Source: Chitinophagales bacterium (GTDB lineage: Bacteria > Bacteroidota > Bacteroidia > Chitinophagales > JADIYW01). Taken from it: 64,000 bases of DNA. A program made the translations under genes and the position numbers. The notes beneath the pieces are model-generated. The model had not been told where the DNA came from, searched no databases, and was given only the letters and a program-made list of their open reading frames with translations. The stretch is from NCBI GenBank assembly GCA_046329865.1, contig JAXLTW010000001.1:129494-193493 (forward strand). Direction: 5' to 3'. Numbering within the stretch: position 1 is the first letter of the stretch; every line of letters begins with the position of its first letter. Of the stretch, positions 35,768 through 44,066 are shown in pieces.

Positions 35768-37423
35768 TTATTCCCAGATAATTTTTTTCTCTTTTTGTTC
35801 CTGCCATTTCAGAAAGTTTCCGGCATATTGCTTCTCCAACTCGTTGCGCTTCACTTTCATGGTGGGGGTGATGAGGTTATTCTCCACGGTCCACGCTTCC
35901 TTCATGATGACATATTTGGCAATGCGTTCGTGGTTATCAAGGGTAGCGTTCACTTCTTCCAGCGTTTGCAATAAATCCTGTTCCAACGCTTCTTTACTGA
36001 GTTGTATATCTTCTTCCAATACGATCAGCGCCATTGGTTGTTTTAAGTTGGCACCCACCACACAAATCTGCGCGATGTGCTGGTTCTTGAACAGTTCCAG
36101 TTCTATCGGTGCCGGCGCTACGTATTTGCCTTTGTCTGTCTTAAATAATTCTTTGATACGTCCGGTAATTTTTAGAAATCCTTCTGCATCAATTTCTCCC
36201 ATATCTCCCGTGCGTAGAAATCCATCTGGTGTAATCGCTTCAGCGGTCTTCTCCGGTTCCTTATAATAACCCGCCATCGTGCAATCGTTCTTCACCAGTA
36301 TTTCTCCTTCTGCTGAAATTTTACACTCCGAGTTTGGCATGGAAATACCAACGGTTCCTACTTTGCGCACACCCGGGCGGTTGCCATGCGAGTACGCACA
36401 ATTTTCACTCATCCCATATGCTTCATAAATATCAATACCTAATTTTTCGTACCAATTAATTAATGCCACCGGAATAGGTGCTGCACCGCTGATGATAAAC
36501 TTAGCCGCAGATAAACCTGCATTCTCTTTTATTTTCTTTTTGATCAGATCGGATAAGAAAGGAATCTGCAGTAAGGAGTCTAATCGCTTTTGCGGCAAGC
36601 GGTGTAATATCTTGCTTTGCATACGCGTCCAGATAAGCGGCACCGCCAGGAAAACCGTAGGCTGTGTATCGCGGAGGTTCTCAGGCATTTTTTCTATCGA
36701 CTCCGCAATGGAAATCGGAGCGCCTGCATACAAGCCCCCCATTTCCACCAGCATTCTTTCCGCAATGTGTGACAGTGGCAGGAAAGATAAAAACCGTTCC
36801 TGTTCCGTCAGCAATCCCAACCGTTTTATTTCCTCCAGCAAATAGGTGGGTGCAGAGGAGATGGCTTTATAGGTATGCATTACCCCTTTGGGCAATCCGG
36901 TAGTGCCGGAAGTATAGATGATGGTCACCAGGTCGTTCAGTTTTGGCACGTAATTCTTTGTAACCGGATCATTGTCCCGTATGATGTCATCCCAGTTTTC
37001 GCAGCCGTCCATTTTCCAGGAAGGGAAATGAATTTTGTGAACAGATTCAGGAACACTGTTTTGCTGTTCCCGCCATTTAGGCGCCTTGCCTACAAAAAGG
37101 ATTTTGCTTTCGCTGTGTTCGAGGCAATATTTCACCAGATCGCCGGAGATGCTGGGATACAATGGCACTGAAATATGTCCGCTCATCATAATGGCCAAAT
37201 CCGCCATAATCCAATGTGCACAATTTTCTGAAAGGATGGCAATCCTGCTCTGTCGGGGTAATTTTAACGATCGGATATATGCCGTCATTCTGCGTACTTC
37301 ACTTCCCACTCGTTTCCAGCTGTAATGAACCCACTGACTATTGTGCGCCTGTCGCAGGAACGTCTGCTGGGCTTTCTCGATTTCGTACTGATAAAATTTT
37401 TCTACAGGGGTGATCAAATGCAT
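35768..37423 (-). CDS. AMP-dependent acyl-CoA synthetase/ligase (long-chain fatty-acid type), paralog 1
   Basis: 551 aa. AMP-binding motif IIYTSGTTGLPKGV, plus GYYKEPEKT, TGD and KTDKGKYVAP. Confidence 0.85.
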   Translation of the reverse strand: MHLITPVEKFYQYEIEKAQQTFLRQAHNSQWVHYSWKRVGSEVRRMTAYIRSLKLPRQSRIAILSENCAHWIMADLAIMMSGHISVPLYPSISGDLVKYCLEHSESKILFVGKAPKWREQQNSVPESVHKIHFPSWKMDGCENWDDIIRDNDPVTKNYVPKLNDLVTIIYTSGTTGLPKGVMHTYKAISSAPTYLLEEIKRLGLLTEQERFLSFLPLSHIAERMLVEMGGLYAGAPISIAESIEKMPENLRDTQPTVFLAVPLIWTRMQSKILHRLPQKRLDSLLQIPFLSDLIKKKIKENAGLSAAKFIISGAAPIPVALINWYEKLGIDIYEAYGMSENCAYSHGNRPGVRKVGTVGISMPNSECKISAEGEILVKNDCTMAGYYKEPEKTAEAITPDGFLRTGDMGEIDAEGFLKITGRIKELFKTDKGKYVAPAPIELELFKNQHIAQICVVGANLKQPMALIVLEEDIQLSKEALEQDLLQTLEEVNATLDNHERIAKYVIMKEAWTVENNLITPTMKVKRNELEKQYAGNFLKWQEQKEKKIIWE

Positions 37424-37655
37424 ACTTATTATGTTGTCATTGAAGTTAGCAGAATTAATTAAAACAGAAAAACTGAAAAGTGGTTTTTATGGCTGTCTTG
37501 TAAAAACTCCATTTTTATCAATCATTATGCCAACAGCTTGCCTTCCTCTATTTCTTAGCTTTTGTTCATATTGCCCCTGCAACGGTTACATTACTGATAC
37601 TGACATATTTGCACATCTCTTTTGACCTGTATCAATCCAATATACATTAAAATTT

Positions 37656-37680
37656 AAACTTTCAGTAATAATTGAAAGTT
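37656..37680. promoter_or_regulatory. candidate operator: AAACTTTCA-N8-TGAAAGTT palindrome (site 1)
   Basis: Read directly. It shares identical half-sites and spacer length with the site at 37759-37784. Confidence 0.4.
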
Positions 37681-37758
37681 GTGAATAATATTAAGCCAAC
37701 ATTTTAGTAAGCATACCGCCAATTATTCATAATCACTGGCTAATATCGAAATGGAAAT

Positions 37759-37784
37759 AAACTTTCAATTTTGTTTGAAAGTTT
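37759..37784. promoter_or_regulatory. candidate operator: AAACTTTCA-N8-TGAAAGTTT palindrome (site 2, 9/9 perfect)
   Basis: Read directly. It ends 43 nt upstream of ATG 37828. Centre-to-centre distance to site 1 is about 103 bp. Confidence 0.4.
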
Positions 37785-37827
37785 TGAACAAACAAATCTT
37801 TATTATAAACCAATTAAAAAGACAAAC

Positions 37828-38400
37828 ATGAAAAAATTACTATTTACGGCATGCACCTTCATCACCTTTGCTGTTTTCGCAAACGATGATGCAATCAGCA
37901 ACAGCAGTATGCCGGCTGCTGAAACAGGCTTAGAGACTCCAAATACAGAAGAAGCGCCCGTTGAATATGAACGAAGATTCTCTACCATCACGGAAGTGGG
38001 AACGGCGTTCGTGTATAATAAGCCGTATTTTAATCTCTATCAGGCCATTGGTATCAGAATCAATCCGTATCTGTTTATCGGACAAGGTGTAGGGCTGCAG
38101 GTATCGGGCAATAAGCTACTGCAAATACAGGCAACAGCGGATATCCGCGCGTATGTGTTAGACAGGCGGGTTACGCCGATTTTCCTGTTGCAGGCGGGAT
38201 TAAATAAAGTTAGCAAGGCACCTGAAACAGCCGAACAAAAAAGGCCCGGAGATACACAATTTCTGATGAATATCGGAAGCGGCGTATTATTTAAAGCCAG
38301 AGAAAATGCGTCTTTCACCCTGAACGGCGGATATTCCTTATTCACCGATTTCAAAAAGAATTCGCATGGTGGGTTTATTAAGATCGGCTATGTGTTTTAG
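37828..38400 (+). CDS. hypothetical outer-membrane beta-barrel-like protein
   Basis: 190 aa counted from MKKLLFTACTFITFAVFA (signal peptide). Has alternating beta-strand-like segments and a terminal aromatic (GYVF). The track start at 37771 is a non-ATG extension. Confidence 0.6.
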   Translation: MKKLLFTACTFITFAVFANDDAISNSSMPAAETGLETPNTEEAPVEYERRFSTITEVGTAFVYNKPYFNLYQAIGIRINPYLFIGQGVGLQVSGNKLLQIQATADIRAYVLDRRVTPIFLLQAGLNKVSKAPETAEQKRPGDTQFLMNIGSGVLFKARENASFTLNGGYSLFTDFKKNSHGGFIKIGYVF

Positions 38401-38450
38401 GCAACCAATAATAAAATAAATGTGCAGGCGATACCGGAAGGTATCGCTTT

Positions 38451-38981
38451 TTATTTTTCAAGATAAAATAACAACTTTGGTCGAATGGAAAAATGAAAAC
38501 TGCGAACCGTAGATAAAATAAATGCCTTGGAAAGCCTTTCTGAAAAATAATGATTGACATCGAGCGTCATTCCTTCTCCGCTGCCAAAGAGCAGGAGCAC
38601 ATAATGCTGATCATCCTTGTCGTATTTCCAGATATTAAAAAAGGCAGGACGGACCGTATTGGTGATTCCTTCATCGTACACATAAACATCCAATGGCGCA
38701 CCGAATTTTTTGGTGATAATTTCTGTAGCTTTTGTGAAACAGGCGTTCTCGTCGCCGTAAAAGCAGGAATATTCCTCAAGTTCTTTGTCTGTTGCAAACG
38801 TATAGGAATAGGCGCTTATCTTGACTTCACTGAAGATGACATTATCAGACAATTCCTGCACTTTGCAATTGCTTATCTCCGGATGCGGCTCAGCGACATT
38901 AACGCCCCACAGGTCAAACTTTCCCGCTTTCAACTGGAAAGCCAGCAAAAAAGAGAGACCGAACAGCGCAAACTTTCTCAT
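38451..38981 (-). CDS. hypothetical secreted protein
   Basis: 176 aa with a signal peptide (MRKFALFGLSFLLAFQLKA). Starts 10 nt downstream of the paralog-2 ligase stop, which suggests co-transcription. The antisense 181-aa ORF looks spurious. Confidence 0.6.
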   Translation of the reverse strand: MRKFALFGLSFLLAFQLKAGKFDLWGVNVAEPHPEISNCKVQELSDNVIFSEVKISAYSYTFATDKELEEYSCFYGDENACFTKATEIITKKFGAPLDVYVYDEGITNTVRPAFFNIWKYDKDDQHYVLLLFGSGEGMTLDVNHYFSERLSKAFILSTVRSFHFSIRPKLLFYLEK

Positions 38982-38990
38982 GTATATCTA

Positions 38991-40640
38991 TTAAGATTCC
39001 CAGACAACGACATTAGGGTCATTATACCATTTCTCGTAATGGGGTGTTTTATGTCTTTCCAGTACATTACGTTTCACCTTCAAAGTTGGAGTTAACAGGT
39101 TATTATCCACCGTCCATTCTTCATTCATAACGATAATCTTTTTCAGCTTTTCGTGTTTATCCAATAGCTGATTCACTTCATGCATGGTGTCCTCCAGACT
39201 TTTTATAAGTGTTTCGTTTTCCTCTTTTTTACCATCGAGCGATAATACAACCAATGCCATCGTCTGAGGCAAATTGGCGCCCACCACACAAACCTGTTCA
39301 ATGAATGTATTTTTTGATAACTCCAACTCAATTGGTGCGGGAGCGACATATTTTCCTTTATCTGTTTTAAAGATATCTTTGATGCGTCCGGTTATCTTCA
39401 AAAATCCATGTTCATCAATTTCACCCTGGTCGCCGGTACACAAGAAACCATCTTCGGTAATCGTTTCTTTCGTTTTCTCTTCTTCTTTGTAGTACCCCAA
39501 CATAGTTGCATCGCTTTTCACCTGTATCTCTCCTTCTTCCGACAAGCGAACGATACAGTTTGGCAGAGGCGTCCCCACATATCCCGGCCTTCTGTTATCT
39601 TTTCTTGTCAAATGAGAATAGGCACAATTTTCGGTCATGGCATACGCCTCACAAATAATAAAATCAAGTTTCTCAAACCAGTTCATCGTGACCACCGGCA
39701 TAGGCGCGGCTCCGGTCAGTAAATATTTAGCGTAATCCAGGCCAAGTCCTTCTTTTATCTTCTTCTTAATTACGCCATTCAGAATTGGAATTTTGAGGAG
39801 GATATTCAATCTGGACTGTGGCATCTTAGTTAAGATCCCCATCTGGAATTTTGTCCAGATTCGTGGCACGGCAAGGAATACGGTCGGCTTCGTATCTTTT
39901 AAGTTAGCCGGGAAAGAGTCCAGTGATTCCGCAAATGAAATAGTTGCACCACAATAAAGTCCGCCCATCTCCACCAAAGCACGTTCAGCAATATGAGACA
40001 GTGGCAGGTAAGAGAAAAAGCGCTCATCCTCATTCAGGTCTTTCAATACAGTCAGCGCCCAGCTGGCGGCATAAGAGATAGCATGCACACTGTGTACAAC
40101 ACCTTTTGGCAAACCTGTAGTACCGGAAGTATAAATGATGGTCAGGATATCGGATGGTGCCGGTATGAATTTCTCTTTAAACGGCGCTGTATTGGCAATG
40201 ATATCATCCCAGTTTTCATATCCCTCTTCTGTCCAGAACGGGTAGGAAATTCCTTTCACGGTATCCGGAAGTCCGGAACGCTGTTTACTCCAGTCATCCA
40301 GCTTTCCAATAAAAGCCACTTTGGCTTCACAGTGTTCTAAGCAATAACGAATCAAATCGCCGGGAATGGTGGGATATAAAGGCACGGACACGTGGCCGGC
40401 CATCATAATAGCCAGGTCGCTCATGATCCAGTGTGCGCAGTTCTTGGAGATAATGGCAATCTTACTTTGCGGAGGCAAATCCAAACCGCGTAGATAAGCA
40501 GCCATTCTGCGTATCTCATCATCTGCCCGTTTCCAGCTATAATGAATCCACTCACCATTATAAGGTTGGCGCAAAAAAGTTTTTTCCGGTTTCTGCTCAG
40601 TCCACTGATACAGCATTTCTAAAGGCGACTTGATAACCAT
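38991..40640 (-). CDS. AMP-dependent acyl-CoA synthetase/ligase, paralog 2
   Basis: 549 aa, colinear with paralog 1 (roughly 60% identical by eye). Same IIYTSGTTGLPKGV and KTDKGKYVAPAPIELEL motifs. Confidence 0.85.
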   Translation of the reverse strand: MVIKSPLEMLYQWTEQKPEKTFLRQPYNGEWIHYSWKRADDEIRRMAAYLRGLDLPPQSKIAIISKNCAHWIMSDLAIMMAGHVSVPLYPTIPGDLIRYCLEHCEAKVAFIGKLDDWSKQRSGLPDTVKGISYPFWTEEGYENWDDIIANTAPFKEKFIPAPSDILTIIYTSGTTGLPKGVVHSVHAISYAASWALTVLKDLNEDERFFSYLPLSHIAERALVEMGGLYCGATISFAESLDSFPANLKDTKPTVFLAVPRIWTKFQMGILTKMPQSRLNILLKIPILNGVIKKKIKEGLGLDYAKYLLTGAAPMPVVTMNWFEKLDFIICEAYAMTENCAYSHLTRKDNRRPGYVGTPLPNCIVRLSEEGEIQVKSDATMLGYYKEEEKTKETITEDGFLCTGDQGEIDEHGFLKITGRIKDIFKTDKGKYVAPAPIELELSKNTFIEQVCVVGANLPQTMALVVLSLDGKKEENETLIKSLEDTMHEVNQLLDKHEKLKKIIVMNEEWTVDNNLLTPTLKVKRNVLERHKTPHYEKWYNDPNVVVWES

Positions 40641-40763
40641 AGTATAAAAAAGGGATTCAGGTAAATAACGGATAAATATAAAGAATTTATCTAAAATAAA
40701 TGGACAAAGTTGGTGTTTAGAGACGGAATTTTTTTAATGAAACCTCTTTATGTAACCAGCCAG

Positions 40764-40805
40764 AAATAAAAAACACCTTGAATAGTTATACTACTCAAGG
40801 TGTCC
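40764..40805 (-). terminator. intrinsic terminator of hsp20
   Basis: On the minus strand, ACACCTTGA-13 nt-TCAAGGTGT is followed by a T-run (A-run 40766-40772 on plus). Confidence 0.7.
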
Positions 40806-40827
40806 ACTTTAACACTAAATTTCGTCT

Positions 40828-41289
40828 TTATGAAATAGAAATTGTTTTCACTTTTTGCTCTTCAGGTGCTGCTGTTTTTTTAGGAACATGGATGTTCAGA
40901 ATTCCATCTTCATACTTCGCCTCAATTTTTTCAGTATCCACGGTGTCTTCATCCACAGTGAAACTTCTTTTGAAGGCACTGAAACTAAATTCTCTTCGGG
41001 TATACCTTCCTTCCTTGTCTTTTTCCTCCGTTTCTTTCTTTATCTCGGAAGAAATGGTAAGCAAATCATTGTTTAATTCGACCTTAATGTCTTCTTTTTT
41101 AAGCCCTGGAGCTGCTACTTCAATCTTGTACTCTTTTTCTGTTTCCAAGATGTTTACTGCCGGAACAGACTTCGCCATAGTACTGAATGATTTTGACGGT
41201 ACTAAGTCAAAAAGATCTTTTGAAAAAAAATCGTCAAACAATGCCGGAAAACTGTTGTGAACGCCTGAGTTTCTTTTAATGAGTGTCAT
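40828..41289 (-). CDS. Hsp20/alpha-crystallin family small heat-shock protein
   Basis: 153 aa. Alpha-crystallin core PAVNILETEKEYKIEVAAPGLKKEDIKVEL...F.LP-like, ending in GILNIHVPKK. Confidence 0.9.
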   Translation of the reverse strand: MTLIKRNSGVHNSFPALFDDFFSKDLFDLVPSKSFSTMAKSVPAVNILETEKEYKIEVAAPGLKKEDIKVELNNDLLTISSEIKKETEEKDKEGRYTRREFSFSAFKRSFTVDEDTVDTEKIEAKYEDGILNIHVPKKTAAPEEQKVKTISIS

Positions 41290-41294
41290 GATAT

Positions 41295-41299
41295 CCTCC
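41295..41299 (-). promoter_or_regulatory. canonical Shine-Dalgarno GGAGG, 5 nt upstream of the hsp20 ATG
   Basis: The minus strand reads AAAAAAAGGAGGATATCATG. I saw no comparable SD in front of the other genes in this window. Confidence 0.6.
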
Positions 41300-41373
41300 T
41301 TTTTTTATGATTAGTTAATTTTTGACCTCATCTATTCAAATAAAATACCAGACGAATTTAGGCAGGGATAAAA

Positions 41374-41402
41374 ACTAAAAAAGCGGACAAAAAGTCCGCT
41401 TA
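41374..41402 (-). terminator. intrinsic terminator of the SRPBCC gene
   Basis: AAGCGGAC-5 nt loop-GTCCGCTT (8-bp stem), followed by a T-run on the minus strand. Confidence 0.75.
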
Positions 41403-41429
41403 TTATTAATTTATATGCCATAATTTCCG

Positions 41430-42065
41430 TTATTTATGCACAATAACACAATCTCGTGCAACTTTTGCAGAGACGGAGTCTATTGTCTTTGCCGAAACGG
41501 AGTCAATTGTTTTACCGCTACTGCCTGCATCCGGGTGGTCTTTTAGATATGCATTCATCTTATCATCGGTGGCTTTAAATGCTTTTATCATCATGGGTTT
41601 CATCAGCAAGCGTGCCATCAATTTTTCTACTATTCCGACTGTTTTAGTGTTCATAGCGCTTGTTAGTTCCGTACCGGCATCCGTTGATCGGATAATATAT
41701 TCCGAAAACCCATCATTATGTCCTTCAAACTTCAACCTGGACTGAACGTATTCATTCAGTACGGTCCGTTCAATGGTAAAAGAACCATTACCTACTTCCT
41801 TTTTATCACTTTTCCAGGAATAGCTGGCACCCACACCGGATGGAATATCGTTGTATGTAACTACCATCTTATCATCCAATCCTCTCCAGTAAGACCAGTT
41901 TTCCCAGTTTTTCAACGTGACCAGTTGCTCATACACCACCTCGGGAGAAGCATTGATGGTATGTTTGTAATAAACCCGGAAATTTTCATCCATAAAAAAG
42001 GTGCTGCCTACGACGGCCAGCAACAATGCGGCAACCGAAATAAAAATCCCTCTTACAATTTTCAT
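41430..42065 (-). CDS. SRPBCC (START/polyketide-cyclase-like) family protein with an N-terminal membrane anchor
   Basis: 211 aa with a TM helix at the N-terminus and an SRPBCC-like core. The C-terminal octapeptide KTIDSVSA is duplicated (41466-41513). Confidence 0.55.
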   Translation of the reverse strand: MKIVRGIFISVAALLLAVVGSTFFMDENFRVYYKHTINASPEVVYEQLVTLKNWENWSYWRGLDDKMVVTYNDIPSGVGASYSWKSDKKEVGNGSFTIERTVLNEYVQSRLKFEGHNDGFSEYIIRSTDAGTELTSAMNTKTVGIVEKLMARLLMKPMMIKAFKATDDKMNAYLKDHPDAGSSGKTIDSVSAKTIDSVSAKVARDCVIVHK

Positions 42066-42096
42066 AACGTCTGATTTTACAATCCAAGATACTTAT

Positions 42097-42423
42097 TTAT
42101 TTTAATTTTTCATTATTCTGATGCCGCAGCGCATCCCTTTTCGTTTTCTTATCGATGTTTTTTTCCAATGCTTTCGTCAAATCGACACCCGTTTGGTTAG
42201 CAATACAAATCAACACAAACAATACATCCGCCAGCTCGTCCGACAACTCTTTATCCTTATCTGAAGTTTTAAACGACTGTTCCCCGTATTGACGTGCAAT
42301 TATTCTGGCCACCTCTCCAACTTCTTCTGTGAGAATCGCCATATTGGTCAGCTCATTAAAATACCGGACACCCGTAGTATTTATCCATGTATCAATGGTT
42401 GCTTGTGCTTGTTGTATGGTCAT
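42097..42423 (-). CDS. MazG-like nucleotide pyrophosphohydrolase
   Basis: 108 aa. Carries the EEVGEVARII...LSDELADVLFVLICIAN pattern (EExxE...DxxD metal ligands). Confidence 0.8.
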   Translation of the reverse strand: MTIQQAQATIDTWINTTGVRYFNELTNMAILTEEVGEVARIIARQYGEQSFKTSDKDKELSDELADVLFVLICIANQTGVDLTKALEKNIDKKTKRDALRHQNNEKLK

Positions 42424-42474
42424 GATTTGTAGTTTGAACTAAAAATAAGAAGTTAATGCTTACTTTTGCATACA

Positions 42475-43233
42475 ATGAACAAGATTATCCTGATAACGGG
42501 TGCAACTTCAGGTTTCGGAGAAGCGTCTGCACATAAATTTGCTCAAAACGGCTGGGATGTTATCATTACCGGAAGGCGAAAAGAACGTCTGGACAACTTA
42601 GAAGCCGTCTTAAAATCTGCTTACGGAATAGATGTATTGAGTTTGTGTTTTGATGTCAGGCAACTTACAGACGTGCAACAGGCGATTGCGTCACTAACAG
42701 ATAAATGGGCGGCTATTGATGTACTTCTGAACAATGCAGGACTGGCCGCCGGCCGTGGTCCCATTCAGGAAGGTGTGTATGAAGACTGGGAGCAGATGAT
42801 TGATACCAATGTGAAAGGATTATTATATATGACCCGTGAGGTTGTGCCGTTGATGATAGCGCGCTCAAAGGGGCATATCATCAATGTGGCATCACTGGCG
42901 GGTTGGGAGGCATATGGCGGCGGTAATGTCTATTGCGGCACCAAGCATGCCGTACGTGCCATTACCCGAAGCGCCCGGATTGACCTGGTGCGGCATAATA
43001 TTAAAGTGTCTGTCATCAGCCCGGGAGCCGCAGAAACGGAATTCTCGCTGGTCCGCTTTAAAGGAGACGAACAGAAAGCAGAAGCCGTATATGAAGGCTA
43101 CCAGCCGCTGAAAGCGGAAGATGTAGCGGAAAGTATTTATTTTATGGCTTCGCAGCCGGCACATGTGAATATTGAAGAAATCTTCATCCTGCCTACCGCA
43201 CAAGCCACCGCCACCATTACGCATAAAGCTTAA
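42475..43233 (+). CDS. SDR-family NAD(P)-dependent oxidoreductase (YdfG-like)
   Basis: 252 aa counted from ATG 42475 (MNKIILITGATSGFG). Carries NNAG and YCGTK. The track start at 42466 is a TTG extension. Confidence 0.85.
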   Translation: MNKIILITGATSGFGEASAHKFAQNGWDVIITGRRKERLDNLEAVLKSAYGIDVLSLCFDVRQLTDVQQAIASLTDKWAAIDVLLNNAGLAAGRGPIQEGVYEDWEQMIDTNVKGLLYMTREVVPLMIARSKGHIINVASLAGWEAYGGGNVYCGTKHAVRAITRSARIDLVRHNIKVSVISPGAAETEFSLVRFKGDEQKAEAVYEGYQPLKAEDVAESIYFMASQPAHVNIEEIFILPTAQATATITHKA

Positions 43234-43325
43234 CTGTCTTTCAAATAATGAAGCCTTCTCCTGAACTTAAAGCGCCAATTAAACGTTATAAATAATCTAC
43301 ATTCTCAACATTCAATACTACCAAA

Positions 43326-43919
43326 ATGGAACCTGCTACAAAAATACCGGTGATGATTTATACAGAATCAACCCCGAATCCGAATACACTCAAATTCGTT
43401 ACGAATAAAGCCTTGTTATTGAACGACTCCGTCGAATTTCAATCGGCTGAGGAAACCCATGATGCTCCGTTGGCAAAAGCGTTGTTCGGATTTGAACACG
43501 TGACGAATGTGTTCATCACCAATAATTTCGTGACCATCACCAAGGATGACGATGCCTTGTGGACGGAAATCATGATTCCGATAAAAGATTTCCTGAAAAA
43601 ATACATCGACGACAATGGCGTGATTTTAAATGACGGGTTCGTGAAACCGACCAAAATAGCGAGCAATGCGGTGAGCGACAGCGACAGCGATGTGGAAATC
43701 CGTATTAAAGGTGCGCTGGACAAATACGTGAAGCCTGCCGTGGAAATGGACGGCGGCAATATCTCTTTCGTAAAATTTGAAGACGGCAAACTGACGCTTC
43801 AACTACAAGGCTCCTGCAGCGGCTGCCCATCTTCGACGGTTACGTTAAAACAAGGCATCGAGAACCTGCTGAAACGTTTCGTACCCGAAGTGCAGGAAGT
43901 GGTAGCGGAAAATGCATAA
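43326..43919 (+). CDS. NifU/Nfu-type Fe-S cluster scaffold protein (Nfu_N + NifU C-terminal domain)
   Basis: 197 aa. N-terminal TESTPNPNTLKF and C-terminal GSCSGCPSS CxxC motif. Confidence 0.8.
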   Translation: MEPATKIPVMIYTESTPNPNTLKFVTNKALLLNDSVEFQSAEETHDAPLAKALFGFEHVTNVFITNNFVTITKDDDALWTEIMIPIKDFLKKYIDDNGVILNDGFVKPTKIASNAVSDSDSDVEIRIKGALDKYVKPAVEMDGGNISFVKFEDGKLTLQLQGSCSGCPSSTVTLKQGIENLLKRFVPEVQEVVAENA

Positions 43920-43971
43920 AACCAATCCTTTAAATAATCATTAACAACTTTCTCCTTTCATTTATTCTTTT

Positions 43972-43979
43972 TAATTTAG
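43972..43979 (+). promoter_or_regulatory. weak -7-like box TAATTTAG, 6 nt upstream of the polycysteine sORF ATG
   Basis: 7/8 match to TAnnTTTG. No clear -33 TTTG partner seen. Confidence 0.25.
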
Positions 43980-43985
43980 TTGCAA

Positions 43986-44036
43986 ATGAAATTAGTAGTC
44001 AGCCTATTTAATTGTTGCTGTGCAAACCCGCAATAG
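43986..44036 (+). CDS. candidate leader peptide MKLVVSLFNCCCANPQ (three consecutive Cys codons)
   Basis: ATG AAA TTA GTA GTC AGC CTA TTT AAT TGT TGC TGT GCA AAC CCG CAA TAG, read directly. It lies in the leader of the sulfite-reductase operon and is followed by a terminator. Below the ORF-track size cutoff. Confidence 0.45.
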   Translation: MKLVVSLFNCCCANPQ

Positions 44037-44066
44037 ACGGATAGGTCAATTATTATATAAAATTAC

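Noticed and set aside
37410-37625. 71-aa Cys-containing ORF in the ligase/OMP intergenic region
   Set aside because: It has a GTG start overlapping the ligase start codon on the opposite strand, odd composition and no motif. I cannot support it as a gene, although the 404-bp gap remains only partly explained.
40778-41260. 160-aa ORF fully antisense to hsp20. Similar long antisense ORFs: 46294-46965 (cobA), 33233-33877 (mvaD), 35694-36266 and 39274-39722 (ligases), 21612-22070 (SPFH), 38550-39095
   Set aside because: All are shadow frames of well-supported genes. They are Ser/Phe/Leu/Cys-rich with low-complexity composition, often lack an ATG start and show no motifs. They are explained by the codon bias of the sense gene.
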